64,000 bases of DNA from Hemiscyllium ocellatum. Taxonomy: Eukaryota. The stretch covers positions 98,495,164 to 98,559,163 of the forward strand of contig NC_083406.1 of the NCBI RefSeq assembly GCF_020745735.1, given 5' to 3'. Shown here piece after piece: positions 37,086 through 50,800 of the stretch. The notes under the pieces are model-generated. The model was not told the DNA's origin. It searched no databases and saw only the letters and a list, made by a program, of their open reading frames with translations. The first letter of the stretch is position 1; each line of letters starts with the position of its first letter. The position numbers and the translations under genes are program-made.

Positions 37086-38585
37086 ACATCTCTTTTCTCG
37101 TAAAGGGAAAAAAAAACTAGTGTGAAGTATTGTTTCTGTTTTAAAAGTAGTCTTTTTTTTCTTGTGACATAATGTGGTAATTTTTAACATGCTTGCAATA
37201 AGTATAAACTATATGAAGTAACAATGCAAATAAATTTTAATTTTGCTTTGGCTGAGAATATTGGATAATCGCAATTGAAACTTTATTTACTACTTTGTAT
37301 TGTGCTTATTTTTATTAAATGATTCTTGCTATTCTTTTTGGCTGTATTTCTTTTAAGTATTGCTTGGGCATTGTATGTTTCAACGAAAGTATTTCGGCTC
37401 TGCCTTCCATTTTAAAAATAAAACTGAATGAATCAGTTAACTTTTTAATCAAACTGTTCAGACACCTCAAAGGCAAGTGGGACTTGTACTTGGATGATCT
37501 TGCAGGTAATGGTGTTCCCATGTATCTATTGTTCTTGTCCTTCCAGATGAAAGTGGTCATTAGTCTAGAAAGTGCTACAGAATCTTGTTGAAATTTGCAC
37601 ATCATCTTGTAGATGGAACACGTTACTAATGTGCATTAATGGTGGAGGGAATGAACATTGTCAATTAAGTCAGCTGCTTTACCTTGATGTCAAGCTTTGT
37701 TTGTTGGAGTTGCACCCATTTTGCCAGTTTTGTTGAAGTTGGGATTTTTTTTTGGTGTACAGTACCATTCCTGCATTTGATCTTTCTAAGCAGCTTACTT
37801 ACATCCAGATTTTTGACTCAGCATATTAAATACCTGATTTGTCTCCTTTTGAGTCCTCAGCCTCATTGAAATAAGTTCATTTTTGTCTCTCATTCTGTGG
37901 TGATTTAATATTAAGGGTACAAACAATGTAGTGAGGGCAAGGAAGATGCCATTATGTTCTTTGTGGTACATTTGCTTAAATGTTGGTGCATGTCGAGCAG
38001 AGCCTTTTGGAGTTTATGGTCGTTATTAAGTACTTGAACAGCTAAACATGGAAATTGAAGTTACTGCCAGCCTTTATGCTTTTTCATAGCGTCCTCTTTG
38101 AATCCTAGACAGAAACCTTGTGAAAAACTAACTGGGTGCAGAATGGGTCATATTCTGGTCATCCCTACTTCTTGCTCAGTAATAGTGCTCTTTTTAATTT
38201 CCTTATCCAAAGATCAATTGACTTCTGCCTTGTGTGTTGATCAGCCCACAAAATTCCAAAAACATTGACATCCCTTGATGAAACTTTGTTTTTGTCTTAG
38301 TCCTATGGCTGGGGGATAATAACCCTTTAAAGATAAAAGCAAATTACTGCAGATGCTGGAATCTGAAACCCTTTAAAGACCCTTTTTATTAACAGGGAAA
38401 CAGCATCCTATGGTTTACCCAGTCAAGGCTTCTCAAAATTCTTAGCTGTCTTCATTACATAGACTAACACTTAAACCAGGAGGTGATGTGTTATATAAAT
38501 ACACCTGTATTCTACGATTGATGTATTCTTTTTAGAGGGACAATATTAAAAAATAATGTGGCAAGCCTGGAGATAAAAGCAACAT

Positions 38586-38916
38586 TTCAAAGTTTGCTTT
38601 TCAAACAACACTAATTCGATTGGGACAATACCACTATTATAGGGCAGGCCAAACAGAGAACAGCCAGGGAATTCCTAGAAGCATGGCACTCATCCACAAA
38701 TTCTATCAACAGACACATTGACCTAGACCCTATATACCGACCACTGCAGCAGACAGCAACTGACAACCAGAAGCGGCAGATTCAAACCAGTATAAATGCT
38801 GGAGGAATCAGCACAGAAGCGCTTCACAGGAGGCTCCCAAGCACTGAAGATGTCACCTAGAAAGGGGACGAAACGTTTGCAACAAAAACTCCCAGCTCGG
38901 TGAACAGAACCACAAC
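38586..38916 (+). mobile_element. 5'-truncated Penelope element (Poseidon-like C-terminus)
   Basis: FDWDNTTIIGQAKQRTAREFLEAWHSSTNSINRHIDLDPIY; hammerhead; 13-bp TSD ATAAAAGCAACAT (38573-38585 / 38917-38929). Confidence 0.8.
38841..38880 (+). ncRNA. Minimal hammerhead ribozyme
   Basis: gca-CTGAAGA-tgtcacct agaa aggggac-GAAAC-GTT^tgc; helix I gca/tgc. Confidence 0.78.
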
Positions 38917-39159
38917 ATAAAAGCAACATAACAGCAAATTTGTACAATTCTGAGTCTTTTATTCATTTGTTAACAAATTCTTCCATCAGAGATTGGTTCC
39001 TGATTGTGTGTACACAACACATTTCTTATTAAATGTAACAATTATATTGAATAGTTTTGCTGAATGTGTCTCTAAAACTCTTCATTCTTCTGAAATCTTC
39101 ATTCAAAATGAACACAAAAATTAGAATTTGATACCAGTTCAGTATCATAACTTTTAAAA

Positions 39160-39440
39160 AAAAGTTCTGGATTTACATATGAAAGATCTGAAACCAATAG
39201 TCATTCTAAAAGATGAGAGACTTAAACAAACCAGATCTCTCTCGATATATCATTTCAGTTGCATCACTGTAAACTTTTGCTATAAATTCTGTCTTAAAAT
39301 CGTGTACTCCAATCACCTGACAAAGGAGCAGCCCCCCCCACCCCACCGCGAAAGCTTGTGCTTCCAAATAAACCTGTTGGACAATAACCTGGTGTTGTGT
39401 GACTTTTAACCTTATCCAACACCAGCACATCCAAATCACA
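39160..39440 (+). mobile_element. PLE terminal fragment (a related short inverted copy lies at 39985-40125)
   Basis: Same terminus as the 22980/47262 family, with a degenerate hammerhead. Confidence 0.6.
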
Positions 39441-40022
39441 AAAAAATTGCTGTTCAATGACATGGCATATTCACCTAAACACAGTAGAATACAAGTACAG
39501 TTTCTTCTATGTTGTTGCATAATTTCGCCATCCCAAAAATTAGCCTGGCTCTTGCCTTCTTTCTTTGGCAATAAGATGAACCTGAACATTATATTCTCGA
39601 TTAACGTTCCTTCTAAACGGAGTGGCGACTTGGAGGTAACACACATGCTGTTGACGTGGCGCCGCATCGATATCTGGTTCCGGAAAGCACTGCAACTCAG
39701 ACATTCAAAACTGGACAAAAAAATTAGAGGGAATGTAGCTCCAGCTCATCAAGATTCTTTTACAATTGAAACAAGACATCTTGACTCTTGCACTAGAGTC
39801 AGCTGGTGATACTATTTGCTTTCGTAATTCCTTCCAGCAAGTGCATGTTAGTTTCGACTGTAGTAAAAGTACAACCAGGTCCTTTTGAACAGGGCTAGTG
39901 ACTGGCGGCAGTTCTGTTCTTCATTACGCCTTTCCAATCTACATACAGGATACTTTAAATCGAACCTAGACTTGATTTTACGTTAAAAATCACACAACAC
40001 CAGGTTATATAAGGGTGACAAC

Positions 40023-40057
40023 CACCTGATGAAGAAGGGGCTCTCCGAAAGCTCGTG
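40023..40057 (+). ncRNA. Minimal hammerhead ribozyme
   Basis: cac-CTGATGA-agaaggggctctcc-GAAAG-CTC^gtg; helix I cac/gtg. Confidence 0.7.
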
Positions 40058-41285
40058 CTTCCAATTAAACCTGTTGGACTTATATAAAAAATTGTACGCC
40101 CCAGTCCAACACTGGCACCACCAAATCTTCACTTTATGAGGCAAGCTTATTTCATGCCCCCATCATAAGGGCAGCAACTTTGCGCCCTTCAATAAAGTTT
40201 GTGACTGAAACCAAAAGCTGAACAGCAATGTTGGGATTTTTAAAAGTCTAACAGTGCCTCGTTTGAGCAGAAATAACGGAGAATTGAACATCGCTTCCTT
40301 GCTGTTTTACCACACTAATCTGGGTCACTGCCTCATTACAAAGAGCTTTCGCTCAACCCTGACACGTGATGATGGTTATTACCCTCCCACAGCCTCGGTT
40401 GCAGGTTATTTCCGGCTTGTGTCAAAGTTGGGAAGTGGTTTAATATTTCCCAGTGATTTAACTGACCGCTTTGTTTTCTGTGCCTTCGAACAAGAGTAGC
40501 ATTAGCATAAAGAGTTCGCTTTTGAATGGAAGATGCGTTTTCACGTTCTGTCAGACTGTCGGTAGGTAACATGAACCAGGAATTCCTGACGCCTCCCCTC
40601 AAGTGGAAGCAAAAATAGAAAAAAAAGCTTAAAGCAAATACTCCGAGATCTCCAGCTTTGAACTATCAGTTTATTTCGGAGAATTTGATGAAGTTATAAT
40701 TAATATTGTCCCTTAAACAAATATCGATCCTATTATGTACCTTCCAATGATGAAGTTCACAGTATAAAACCTCCCTATTAAGAGAGCTATTGAGATCAGC
40801 TCACTGTCAACTATCACGTCTGTTCATACAATATAATTGTATTCCTGCCTTTCCTGTGAAGTGGATTTAATCTAGCCCGGGGATAGTGACTTAGTGCAAT
40901 CATATGGAAACTCTGAACATTTGGTGTCCTCTTTGCAAATTTCCAAAGGGTTAAAAATCCTGTATCTGAGCAATAACAAAACCCCACCCTAATTTTAGCA
41001 TTCATTTTAAACATGGTTCAAGATTTGAAGTTCATAACACGCCCTGATTTAGGATAAGTGGCCTTCGGGCGCATCCGTTTTCCACTAGAAATGGTTGGAT
41101 TTTATTTTAAAGTGCATGGCTGCTTCCCACATCAATATTTTAATGAAACTCTAATTGTAAAAGTTGGTAAAATTTGTTATCATTAGTATTTTCGGAAATT
41201 ATTCATTGATTAAAGGGATCCACAAGGAATCAACACTGCATGATTTTAGTTTCAGAGGGAACGTTATATAGGGCTCTGAAAGTTG

Positions 41286-41610
41286 GGAGGTGACCACCTA
41301 GTAGTTTTATTGCTGAATTGTTAATGTAGAGACTCAGTAACATTCTGGCGACTTGGGTTCGAATCCCGCCACAGCAAATGATGGAGTTCAATAAAAATAC
41401 CTGAAATTAAGGATTTAGTGATGACCATGCATGGATAGCTGGAAAAATCCATCTGGTTCACTAATGTCCATTAAGGAAGGAAACTGCTATCCTTACTTGG
41501 TCTGGCCTACATGTGACTCCAGACCCACAACAATGTGGTTGACTCTTAAGTGTCCTCTGGGCAACTAGAGCGAGGCAATAAGTGCAGCCATCCCATGAAT
41601 ACATTTTAAA
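41286..41610 (+). mobile_element. Second tRNA-like SINE family
   Basis: GGTTCGAATCCC B-box; homologous to 26950-27316. Confidence 0.72.
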
Positions 41611-41769
41611 AAGTGGTTTGAGGGCAAGGTCCATCACTGGAGTGGTGGTAGAGAAAGCCTCATAAATTGAATGACATTTTCTTCTGCTTTGTATTTGTGT
41701 TCACGTTTTGGGAAATGAAAATGCAAGGTTACTGTAACTGGTTTGTATTTGTATAACTTTTTCAGCTGT

Positions 41770-42645
41770 TAGAAGAACAAAGACCAAAGAAAATTTGCAG
41801 CCCAGGAACAGCCCCTTTGACCCTCCAAGCCTGAGCCGATCCAACCACTGTCTAAACCTATCGCTTCTGCATTCCTAAGCATCTGTATCCCTCTGCTCCC
41901 TAACTACTCATGCATCTGTCCAGACGCATCTGAAATGAATCTACAGTGCCTGCCCCTACTACCTCTGTTGGCAACGCGTTCCAAACGCCCACCACCCTCT
42001 GTGTTAACAACCTGCCACGTTATCCCCCTTAAACTTTTCACCTCTCACCTTGAACCTGTGACCTCTCATTATTGAATCCCTCTCCCTGGGAAAAAGCTTA
42101 TCTCTATCCACTCTGTCAATACCCATCATGATTTTGTAGACCTCAATTAGGTCCTCCCTCAATCTCTTTTTTTCTAATGAAAACAATCCTAACCTACTCA
42201 ACCTCTCTTCATAGCTAGCACCTTCCATACCAGGCAACATCCTCGTAAACCTCTCCAAAGCCTCCACATCCTTTTGTAATGTGGCAACCAGAACTGTACG
42301 CAATATTCTAAATGCGGCCGAACCAAAGTCTTGTACAATTTTAACATGACCTGCCAGCTCTTATACTCAATGAAGGCAAGCATACCACATGCCTTCTTGA
42401 CCACTCTATCCACCTGTGCAGCCACCTTCAGAGTACAATGGATCTGAACTCCCAGATCTCTCTGCTCATCAACATTTCCCAAGGCTCTTCTGTTTACAGT
42501 ATAGTTCGCTCTCGAATTAGACTTCACACTTGCCTGAATTGAATTCCATCTGCCACTTCTCCGCCCAAGTTTCCAGTCTATCTATATTCTCATGTATTCT
42601 TTGACAGTCCCCTATGCATTCTGCTACTCCACCAATCTTCATGTT
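41770..42645 (-). mobile_element. CR1 LINE 3' fragment
   Basis: [17 protein letters not shown]; [22 protein letters not shown]. Confidence 0.88.
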
Positions 42646-43467
42646 CCAGGGTGTTTTTCAACAAATTAATCTTTTTAAATGTTCAATGCCTGTCATTGGT
42701 AAAAGTGGTTGTCAATTTGAATATTTGTTCAGGCAAGTCCTACTAATGGCAAATTACTCTGATACTCTGTTAGGAGGAGAGGTTTTGGCCAAGAACACAA
42801 TAGGAAGTTCTGTGCTTCATTGTATACTGCAATCACCTAAAATTCTTCTAAACTCCAGAGAGTATAGTCTTAGTTTGCTCAGTCTCTACTTGCTGACAAT
42901 TCCATCCCAGGAGTTATTCTTGTGAATGTTTGTTGCATCTCACATAAAGCAAACATGTATTTCCTTCGGTGTGAAAACTGTACACAGTACTCCAGGTGTG
43001 GTCTCACCAATCTCTTATACAATGCTAGTAAGACCTCCTATGTCACAGCTCCTGTGCAATAAAGGACAATGTAAGGTTTGCATTTCTAATTCAAAAGCAG
43101 AAATTGCTGATGAAGTTCAAAAGGTCTGGCAGCATCTTTGGGAAGACAACAGTTAATGTTTTGGGTTTGGTTGCTTTCCATCAGAACTCCTGATGCTGCC
43201 AGACCTGCTGAGCTTCACCAGCAATTTCTGTTTTTATTTCAAATCTCCAGCATCCACAGTTCTTTGGCATATACTATTGCATTCCTAATTGATTGCTATA
43301 TCTGTGCATTAGATTTCTGTGTTCAGTGTGCAAGGGCACACAATTCTTCTGAAACCACATTTAACAGTTTCTTATTTAAAGCAAGTTCAATAAAGGTTAG
43401 TGTAAAAGTGTACAAAACGTTTCACTGATAGCAAGTCTGCAATTGTTTTTCAGAGAAGAATTTGATG

Positions 43468-43584
43468 ATGGATGCTTACACTGTATTAAAGGTAATTGGT
43501 GAGGGTTCCTTTGGCAGAGCTCTTTTGGTCCAATCGCATAATGAAAGTCAGCAATATGTCATGAAGGAAATTCATCTTTCAAAG
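43468..43584 (+). CDS. NEK3: NEK3 first coding exon (alternative in-frame ATG at 43465; acceptor at 43453)
   Basis: [39 protein letters not shown]; donor AAG|GTAAAT. Confidence 0.95.
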
Positions 43585-46500
43585 GTAAATATGATGTGAG
43601 TTTTCATGAAGATGATTACGTTGTCACTTTATTTTTATTTCCATTATCCATCTGAAGGCAAAGATATCATTTAGCTTTGTTCTCAATACAATATATAGAA
43701 ATTGAGAATTACATTCCATTGGACTTGAATCAGCACGAATGATCATTTGTGGCAGCGAACAATTTTAGAGCTGGTAGTCATCCCACTTGCATACTCAAAA
43801 AGTATGTTTGTTTTGTTCTTCTGGTGATTTTATCATAATGTGCATCAGCCAATAAAGTGGCTAGATTACTTTCTTTGTCTCGGGTGAACTACAAAAAGAG
43901 CCAAAGTTTTTATTGGCTATGTCACAATTTATACTCCTGGACATTTGGAGAGACGTTCCAAGTTCCAATTCCTTTTTGCATCTCTGGACATGCCAAAATT
44001 GTTAAGTCATTACACATTAAGTATTGGTACTGTTCCACTGACCACCAAGCTGTGTATAGCAATGAGATAGTATAGGTTCAGGAAAAAAATATTGGTCAAG
44101 AATTTGAAGAAGAGTTACTGATCTTCTTTGAAAAGTGCCATGAGATCTTCTATAATGAAAACTGAAATTGCTGGAAAATCTCAGCAGATCTAGCAGCATC
44201 AGTGGAGAGAAATCAGAGTTAACATTTCAGATTCAGTGACCTTTCAGAGTCCAGTTTAGACTGTATCAAATTACACTAGGTAGAGGATGCACATCCTCTT
44301 GCTATTGCATACCATTTAAGCGCATAATTCATAACCATATGGCTTATGATTTAATTGTAGCAAAGTTACACATTCTGTTCTAAAGCTTTAATGATACAAG
44401 CAATATGGATCTTTGGGGGAAAAACGATCCTCGGTGTTTATTTTTCAGAACAAGGCAATGTGCTATCTATTTTCTTTTTATTTTATTTATTTAGAATCCT
44501 TCTGGTTTACAAAGATCGCGGAGGGAAGCCATCCTCCTTGCAAGAATGAAGCACCCCAACATTGTTACATTTATAGACTCATTTGAAGGTGAGAAATTCA
44601 TGGAATTCATTATCTATTCTTCACACTTCCTTCTCCAATATTGCTCTTTAGCTTGTTCTAGTGTTCATTCCTCTCCTTGCTGTTTTCCAAAGCGAATGAC
44701 ATGCACAGTATTCACAGCACTAAGACAGGCCGCTTGTCTCATGGGTCCATGCTGTTATACGTGCTGCAGATAAGACACCTCCCGTCTTTCTTTAGCTAAC
44801 CTTTTCCATATGTCTTTACAATTCCTTTATCTCCACACATTATCTAAACTGCCCTTAAATGTATCAGTGATGTTCGTGTCAACCATTCCTTGTGATAGCT
44901 AGTTCCACATTTGAAGCACTTGCTGTGCAAAGACGTTGCTCCTGACTTCCCTTTTGATTTCATTAGTGACTCAATTATATTTACTGGCACTAGTTCTGCT
45001 TTCATCCACCAGTGGAAAAATCTTATCAAATCAGTCCATAATCTAGACCTCTGACATAAGAACACAAGAAATAGGAGCAGGAGGAGGCCATTTAGCCTGT
45101 AGAGCCCTCTCTGCAAATTAATGAAATCTTGGCTGTTTTACAACAAAGAACAGTACGGCACAGAAACAGGCACTTCAGCCCATCAAGACTGTGCTGACAC
45201 ATGATGCTTTTCTAAACTAAAAGCCTTTACCTCTGTGGTTTCTGTCACTCTATTCCCTGCTTATTCATATATCTGGCAAGATACCTTTTAAACATTGTTA
45301 TTGTATCCCCTTCCAACACCACCTCTGGCATCACATTCCTGGCACGTAAAAGTCTCTGTGTAAAAAAAGAACATGCCTCCCACCCTCATTTAAACTTACC
45401 CCATTTTACCTTAAGCCAATGTCCCCTTGCAATTGACATTTCTAATTTGAAATAAAGATTCCGACTGTCCATTCTATCCATGTCTTTGATAATTTTGTAA
45501 ACTTCTGTCAGGTTGCCCCTCATCCTGCAATATTCAAGTAGACAAACTTGATTTGTTTTCAGTCTCCCTTCATAGCTAATAACCTCCAAACCAGGCAACA
45601 TCCTGGTAAACTGTTCCTGTACCCTCTCCAAAGCTTGCACATCCTTCTGCTAACATAACGACCAGAACTGTATGCAATATTCTAAATGTGGACTATGTAA
45701 AGTTTTGTACAACTGCAACATGACTAAGCATACTCTGTGCCCTGATCGAGGAAGGCAAGTATGCTATATAACTCTCAACCACCTTATCCACATATATTGC
45801 CACTTTCAGGGAACTATGAACAAGTAAAATTAGATCCATCTGTGTGTTGATGCTACTAAGAGTTCTGTCATTTACTGTGTACTTTCTTCCTGCATTCGAT
45901 CTCCTAAAATGCCTAACATTTGTCCAGATTAAACACTGATCCCTACCGAACACCACTAGTCACTGGTCTCTACCCTTCCACCACTACTCTGTCTTCTATG
46001 AGTAAGTCAGTTCTGTATCCATCTTGCCAGCATACCACAGATCCAATGTGACTTCACCTTTATATCAGTCTGCAATGAGAGACCTTGCCAAAGGTCTTGC
46101 TAAAGTCCACATTGATAATCTCTACCGCTCTGCCCCCATCAATCATCTTGGTCACTTGCTCAAAAACCTCAATCAAGCTTATGAGACTTGATCTTCCCCA
46201 CACAAAGCCATGCTGCCTATTACTAATAAGTCCATAGTTTTCCAAACATGAGTAAATCCTATCCCAAAGAAACTTCTCCAATAATTTCCCTACCACCGAT
46301 ATTTGCTTTTTATTCACTCATGGGTTGTGGACATTGCTGGCTGAGCCAATATGTATTACCCAATCCTATTTCCCATGAGCCAAATGTTTTCGGTCATTTC
46401 AGAACATGTGAAACGTTAACCACATTCATACAAGCCTGGAGTTACATGTAGGCCAGACTAGGCAAGGATGGCAGGATTCCTTACCCAAGAGGCATTTGTG

Positions 46501-47825
46501 AACAAGAGGAGTTTTTAGGGTAATTGACAGTGGTCAGCATTAGACTAGATTTTAATTGCAGATTTTGTTGAATTTAATTTTTACCATCAGCCATTAACAG
46601 TGGGATTTGAACTCTGTTCTGGATTATGAGTCGTGTGACATCACCACTGCCTCCCCTTCTTCTATGTCAACAATACTTACTTGCATTATCCATTGATGAA
46701 TCTCTATGAATCTCAGTCTCAAACATACTCGACAACTGAGCCCCCACAGTTGTCTGCAATAGAGAATTCTAAGCAATTCACTGTCGAGCAAGTGAAGAAG
46801 TTCCACCTTATTTTAGTCCTAAATGGCTTGCCCTTTCATTTGGAGCCTCTAATCTTTTCTTCTAGTTGCCACCCCACCCTGACCCATCCTGCATCTACCT
46901 GCACAAATGATGGATGGCAGAATTTTGTATGTTTGAATGAGATCATTTCTCATTCTTCTAAAACATGTGGTAATATAGGTCCAGTCCATTTACTGTATCC
47001 TCACAGGACAGTTCTTCCATTTCATGAAGTTTTGCAAACCTTTGTTGCTCTCCATCTCTGGTACGTCTGTCTTTCTCTTGCATAAGGAGATCAAAATTGA
47101 ATACAATTGCAGCAAGACATCTTTCTCCTGTTGTCAAAACCTCATGTTGTTAAGGCTAACATACTGTTTGCCTTTTTAATTGCTTGCTGGATCAGCATGT
47201 TAACTTTCAGTGTCTCACGACTAGATACATCCAAGTTCCTTTGAAGTTCTGATGTGGAGGTGTCGGTGTTGGACTGGGGTGGACAAAGTTTAAAAATCAC
47301 ACAGCACCAGGTTATAGTCCAACAGGTTTATTTGGAAGTACAAGCTTTCAGAGCGCTGCTCCTTCGTCAGGTAACTAGTGGGGCAGGATCATAGGACAAA
47401 GAATTTATAGTAAAGGATCAAAGTGTCATACAATTTATGCGATGGATTGAACAAACCTAGATTGCTGTTAAGTCTTTAATCATTTAGAATAGGGATGCAG
47501 GTTTCAATTGATTAATATGTAAATCCCAGAACTTCTTTCAAGTCGCATTCCCAGGATAACTGAAGGTTTTATCAGTATATAAAGAAAAGACATCTCAGCT
47601 CCAAGAATACATTACAGGTGTGAGGTTACAGACTGTCTATATCCCAACCTTGAGTCAGACTGGTTCTATTTCCAAAGTAGAAATTTATAAACAATCACAT
47701 GGACTGACAGCCTACAAATAGTGTGCTTTTTGAACACAATAGAATGTATCTGCAAATACAAATCTGCAAATGCAAATTCACCCCATGGACTTATATGTGT
47801 GCGCGGGCATGTGTGGGGGAGGGAG

Positions 47826-47878
<53 letters not shown>

Positions 47879-50800
47879 GTGTGTGTACACATATACGCGC
47901 ACGCCATTTGTCAAACCTTAAACAGACCATTGTTCACAACCAACTATCCAGCCTCCAGGAAAACACTGACCACAACATCATACAACCCTGCCATGGCAAC
48001 CACTGTAACACCATATCAGAGTGTTGACATGGATACTACCATCACATGTGGGAATGCCATCCATCATTTGTGCGGCAGCTACTCATGCAACTCAGCCAAC
48101 ATTGTCTATCTCATACAGTCAGACAAGCATCCCCTGAGGCATGGTATATTGACAAAACCAAGCAGATGCTACGACAATGGATGAATAGACACCAATCACC
48201 AGACATTCCCTCCCAGTGAGGGAGCATTTCAAAGGTCAAGGAGATTTGGCCTCAGATCTTTGAGGACCGTCTTCCAAGGCTGACTTTGGATAAGCAACAA
48301 TGCAGAGTCACTGAGCAGAGGCTGGTAGCCACGTTCAGTACCCATGAGGATGGCCTCAACTGGGATGGTGGATTCATGTCACACCACAGGTGACCCCACC
48401 ATACTATATGCTCTCGCACACATACACACACACTCTGATACATGATTACACACAGACCCACTCTTGTACTCTCACTCACTCACATACTCCATCACACGTG
48501 TGCATACATTGTATCATATGCACACACGTAAGTCTATGGTGTGAATTTGCATTTGCAGATACATTCTATTTTGTTCAAAGCACACACAATCTGTAGGCAG
48601 TCAGTCCATGTGGCATTTCATAAATTTGTGTCTTGCTTCAAACTGCTAATGTTTGAGGTGACTTTTAAAATTTATGTGCTGTTGTTGTGAGACATGTCCA
48701 TAATCACCTGCATTCAATTAAATTTCTTTTGCTGCTGTTTTTCACACCTACATTGGTGTGTAATATTTATCAAATGCTTGAAACTACAGTACTGAGCCAA
48801 CAGGAAAATTATTTGCGAACAGTTCACTTTTGGTATAGGCTGTGTTAAACAACTTTGGCATGAATTAATCCCGTTGATGAAATATTTATCATTGTTGTGA
48901 GAAATGATGAAGGAATCTAATAAAACAATGGGAAGAGACAGGGAAAAAATTACAAATATTTAAAACTTTGAGAAATGGTGGAGATAGATTATTTTAATTT
49001 GGATGCAGATTAAAGCACATTTTAAAATTAATGTATATTATGAAAGTAATGTGAAAAAAAACAATAAAATATTACTTCTGGTGAGTTCTTAAATATATTA
49101 AGGGGAAAATAAATAGATAAAGTTATATTGCTATGCATGAACTGCTTTCTAGTTCCTCTTTGGTGAAAAATGTACTCTACTTAAAAATTAAATTTACTCT
49201 ATTTAAAAAAAGAATTACTCTATTTTTCACCATTTCATGCTCTGGAGGCCTGATTCGTCTTACAATGAATAATTATTCTTTTAAAGTAACAACCATCAAT
49301 GTACATACACAGTGAGGCTGTAACTATCAGGGAAGATTGAAGCAACTACATGGGACTCTTTTCTGTTGGAAAAATTATTCAGAGATGGATGAATTCTGAC
49401 AGTGTTGATGATAGATGTGGAGAAGATGTTTCCATTTATTGGGAATCCATAATGAAGGACAGCAAAATAACAAAAAATGCTCCCACAAATTTGAGTAATT
49501 TGTAGGAAATGTCTTTATTCAAGGAATGGTGAGACTGTGAAATTCACTGCTAAATAGAGTGATTTAAGTGAATAACATAGATGGATTTAAAGGGAAGCAA
49601 CTTGCTAAATGCACAAGGAAAGAAAGAGGTGGAAGGACACATGGATGGGCTTAGATAAGGCGGGCTGGAAGGAAACTCCTGTGGAACAATAACATACAGA
49701 TATTAACCCTGCAGATGAATAATAGGTGTAAAAGTCTGTTTCTGGAATGTTTTTTCTACTTTGTACTTTGTGAAAAAGTATCATGGTTTTAGATAAACAG
49801 AGACCTGTGGAAGTAAATTGTTGCTTTGGCAACTAGTTAATTTAGGATTTCACTATCCTATGCACTATTTACATATCTAATGTTATGATTTTTCCTATTG
49901 CAGCTGAAGGACATCTTTATATAGTGATGGAATTCTGTGATGGCGGAGATCTCATGCAAAAACTCCTGCAGCGAAAGGACAAACTATTTCCAGAAGAAAC
50001 GGTATACATCCTGTGATAAATGAATGAAACGTAATCACAGACTCAGAGGAGCAGGATTCACCTATGTGAATTGCTGTGTGCCTAGTTATAACTACACTTG
50101 CGAGTTGTCTGGAACTGGCCATGTTAGATTGAGTGTCGGGAAACTGCAAGATTTCCCCCTCTTCGTTTAAATGCCCTTGTTTTATCTCAGTCTTTGTGGG
50201 GATGGACCTTTCTAATTGGGCACTGTCCTCATGGGATAGCTCACTTAGCAATAATCCGTTTTTGCTTCTCCAACTTGCTCTCTCTGTAAACCACACCCCC
50301 CCAAAAAAACCACTGACATGTACTCTGAGACCACCGGGCTGCTGGCTGTCCAATTGGCCAGCAAAACTTACAGACGTTTACACTTTAAAGGGGCAGCAGT
50401 TCCAACATCTTCAAATTAGTTGCCAGATGGCAAAAAGTGGCTGATACTGGGTTGCCCTAGCATTCCAGTCAGTGCTCCCAGCTTACTAAGAACATCTGTG
50501 ATTCTGTCCACTTCATTCACCACAATTTTGATATATGAAACATTACATTTTTTTTGCTCTTTTATGTAGCATTATACTACAATGGAAATATTTCTATTTT
50601 AAGATTAACCTGAACAATCGGTACAATTTTGATAATTGTAAATTATTTAAAAACTTAGCTTTATAAAATAGTAACTTGCACAGAATCCAGAATGCCTTTT
50701 TCATGAAGTACTCACTATTAGAAATTGATAGAGGAATTATTTTGTTGTTTTGCTTTTAACAGATATTGAATCTGTTTGTGCAAATTTGCCTCGGAATGAA

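Larger units (their letters stand above)
47262..48630. mobile_element. Penelope-like element, rearranged/inverted, same family as 22980-23950
   Basis: Shared terminus GTTGGACTGGGGTGGACAAAG...; [18 protein letters not shown] remnant; HEDGLN; segments 47690-47800 and 48530-48625 are inverted copies. Confidence 0.75.

Noticed and set aside
47666-48027. HTHTHT / CVCVCV ORFs
   Set aside because: Translations of the (GT)n microsatellite
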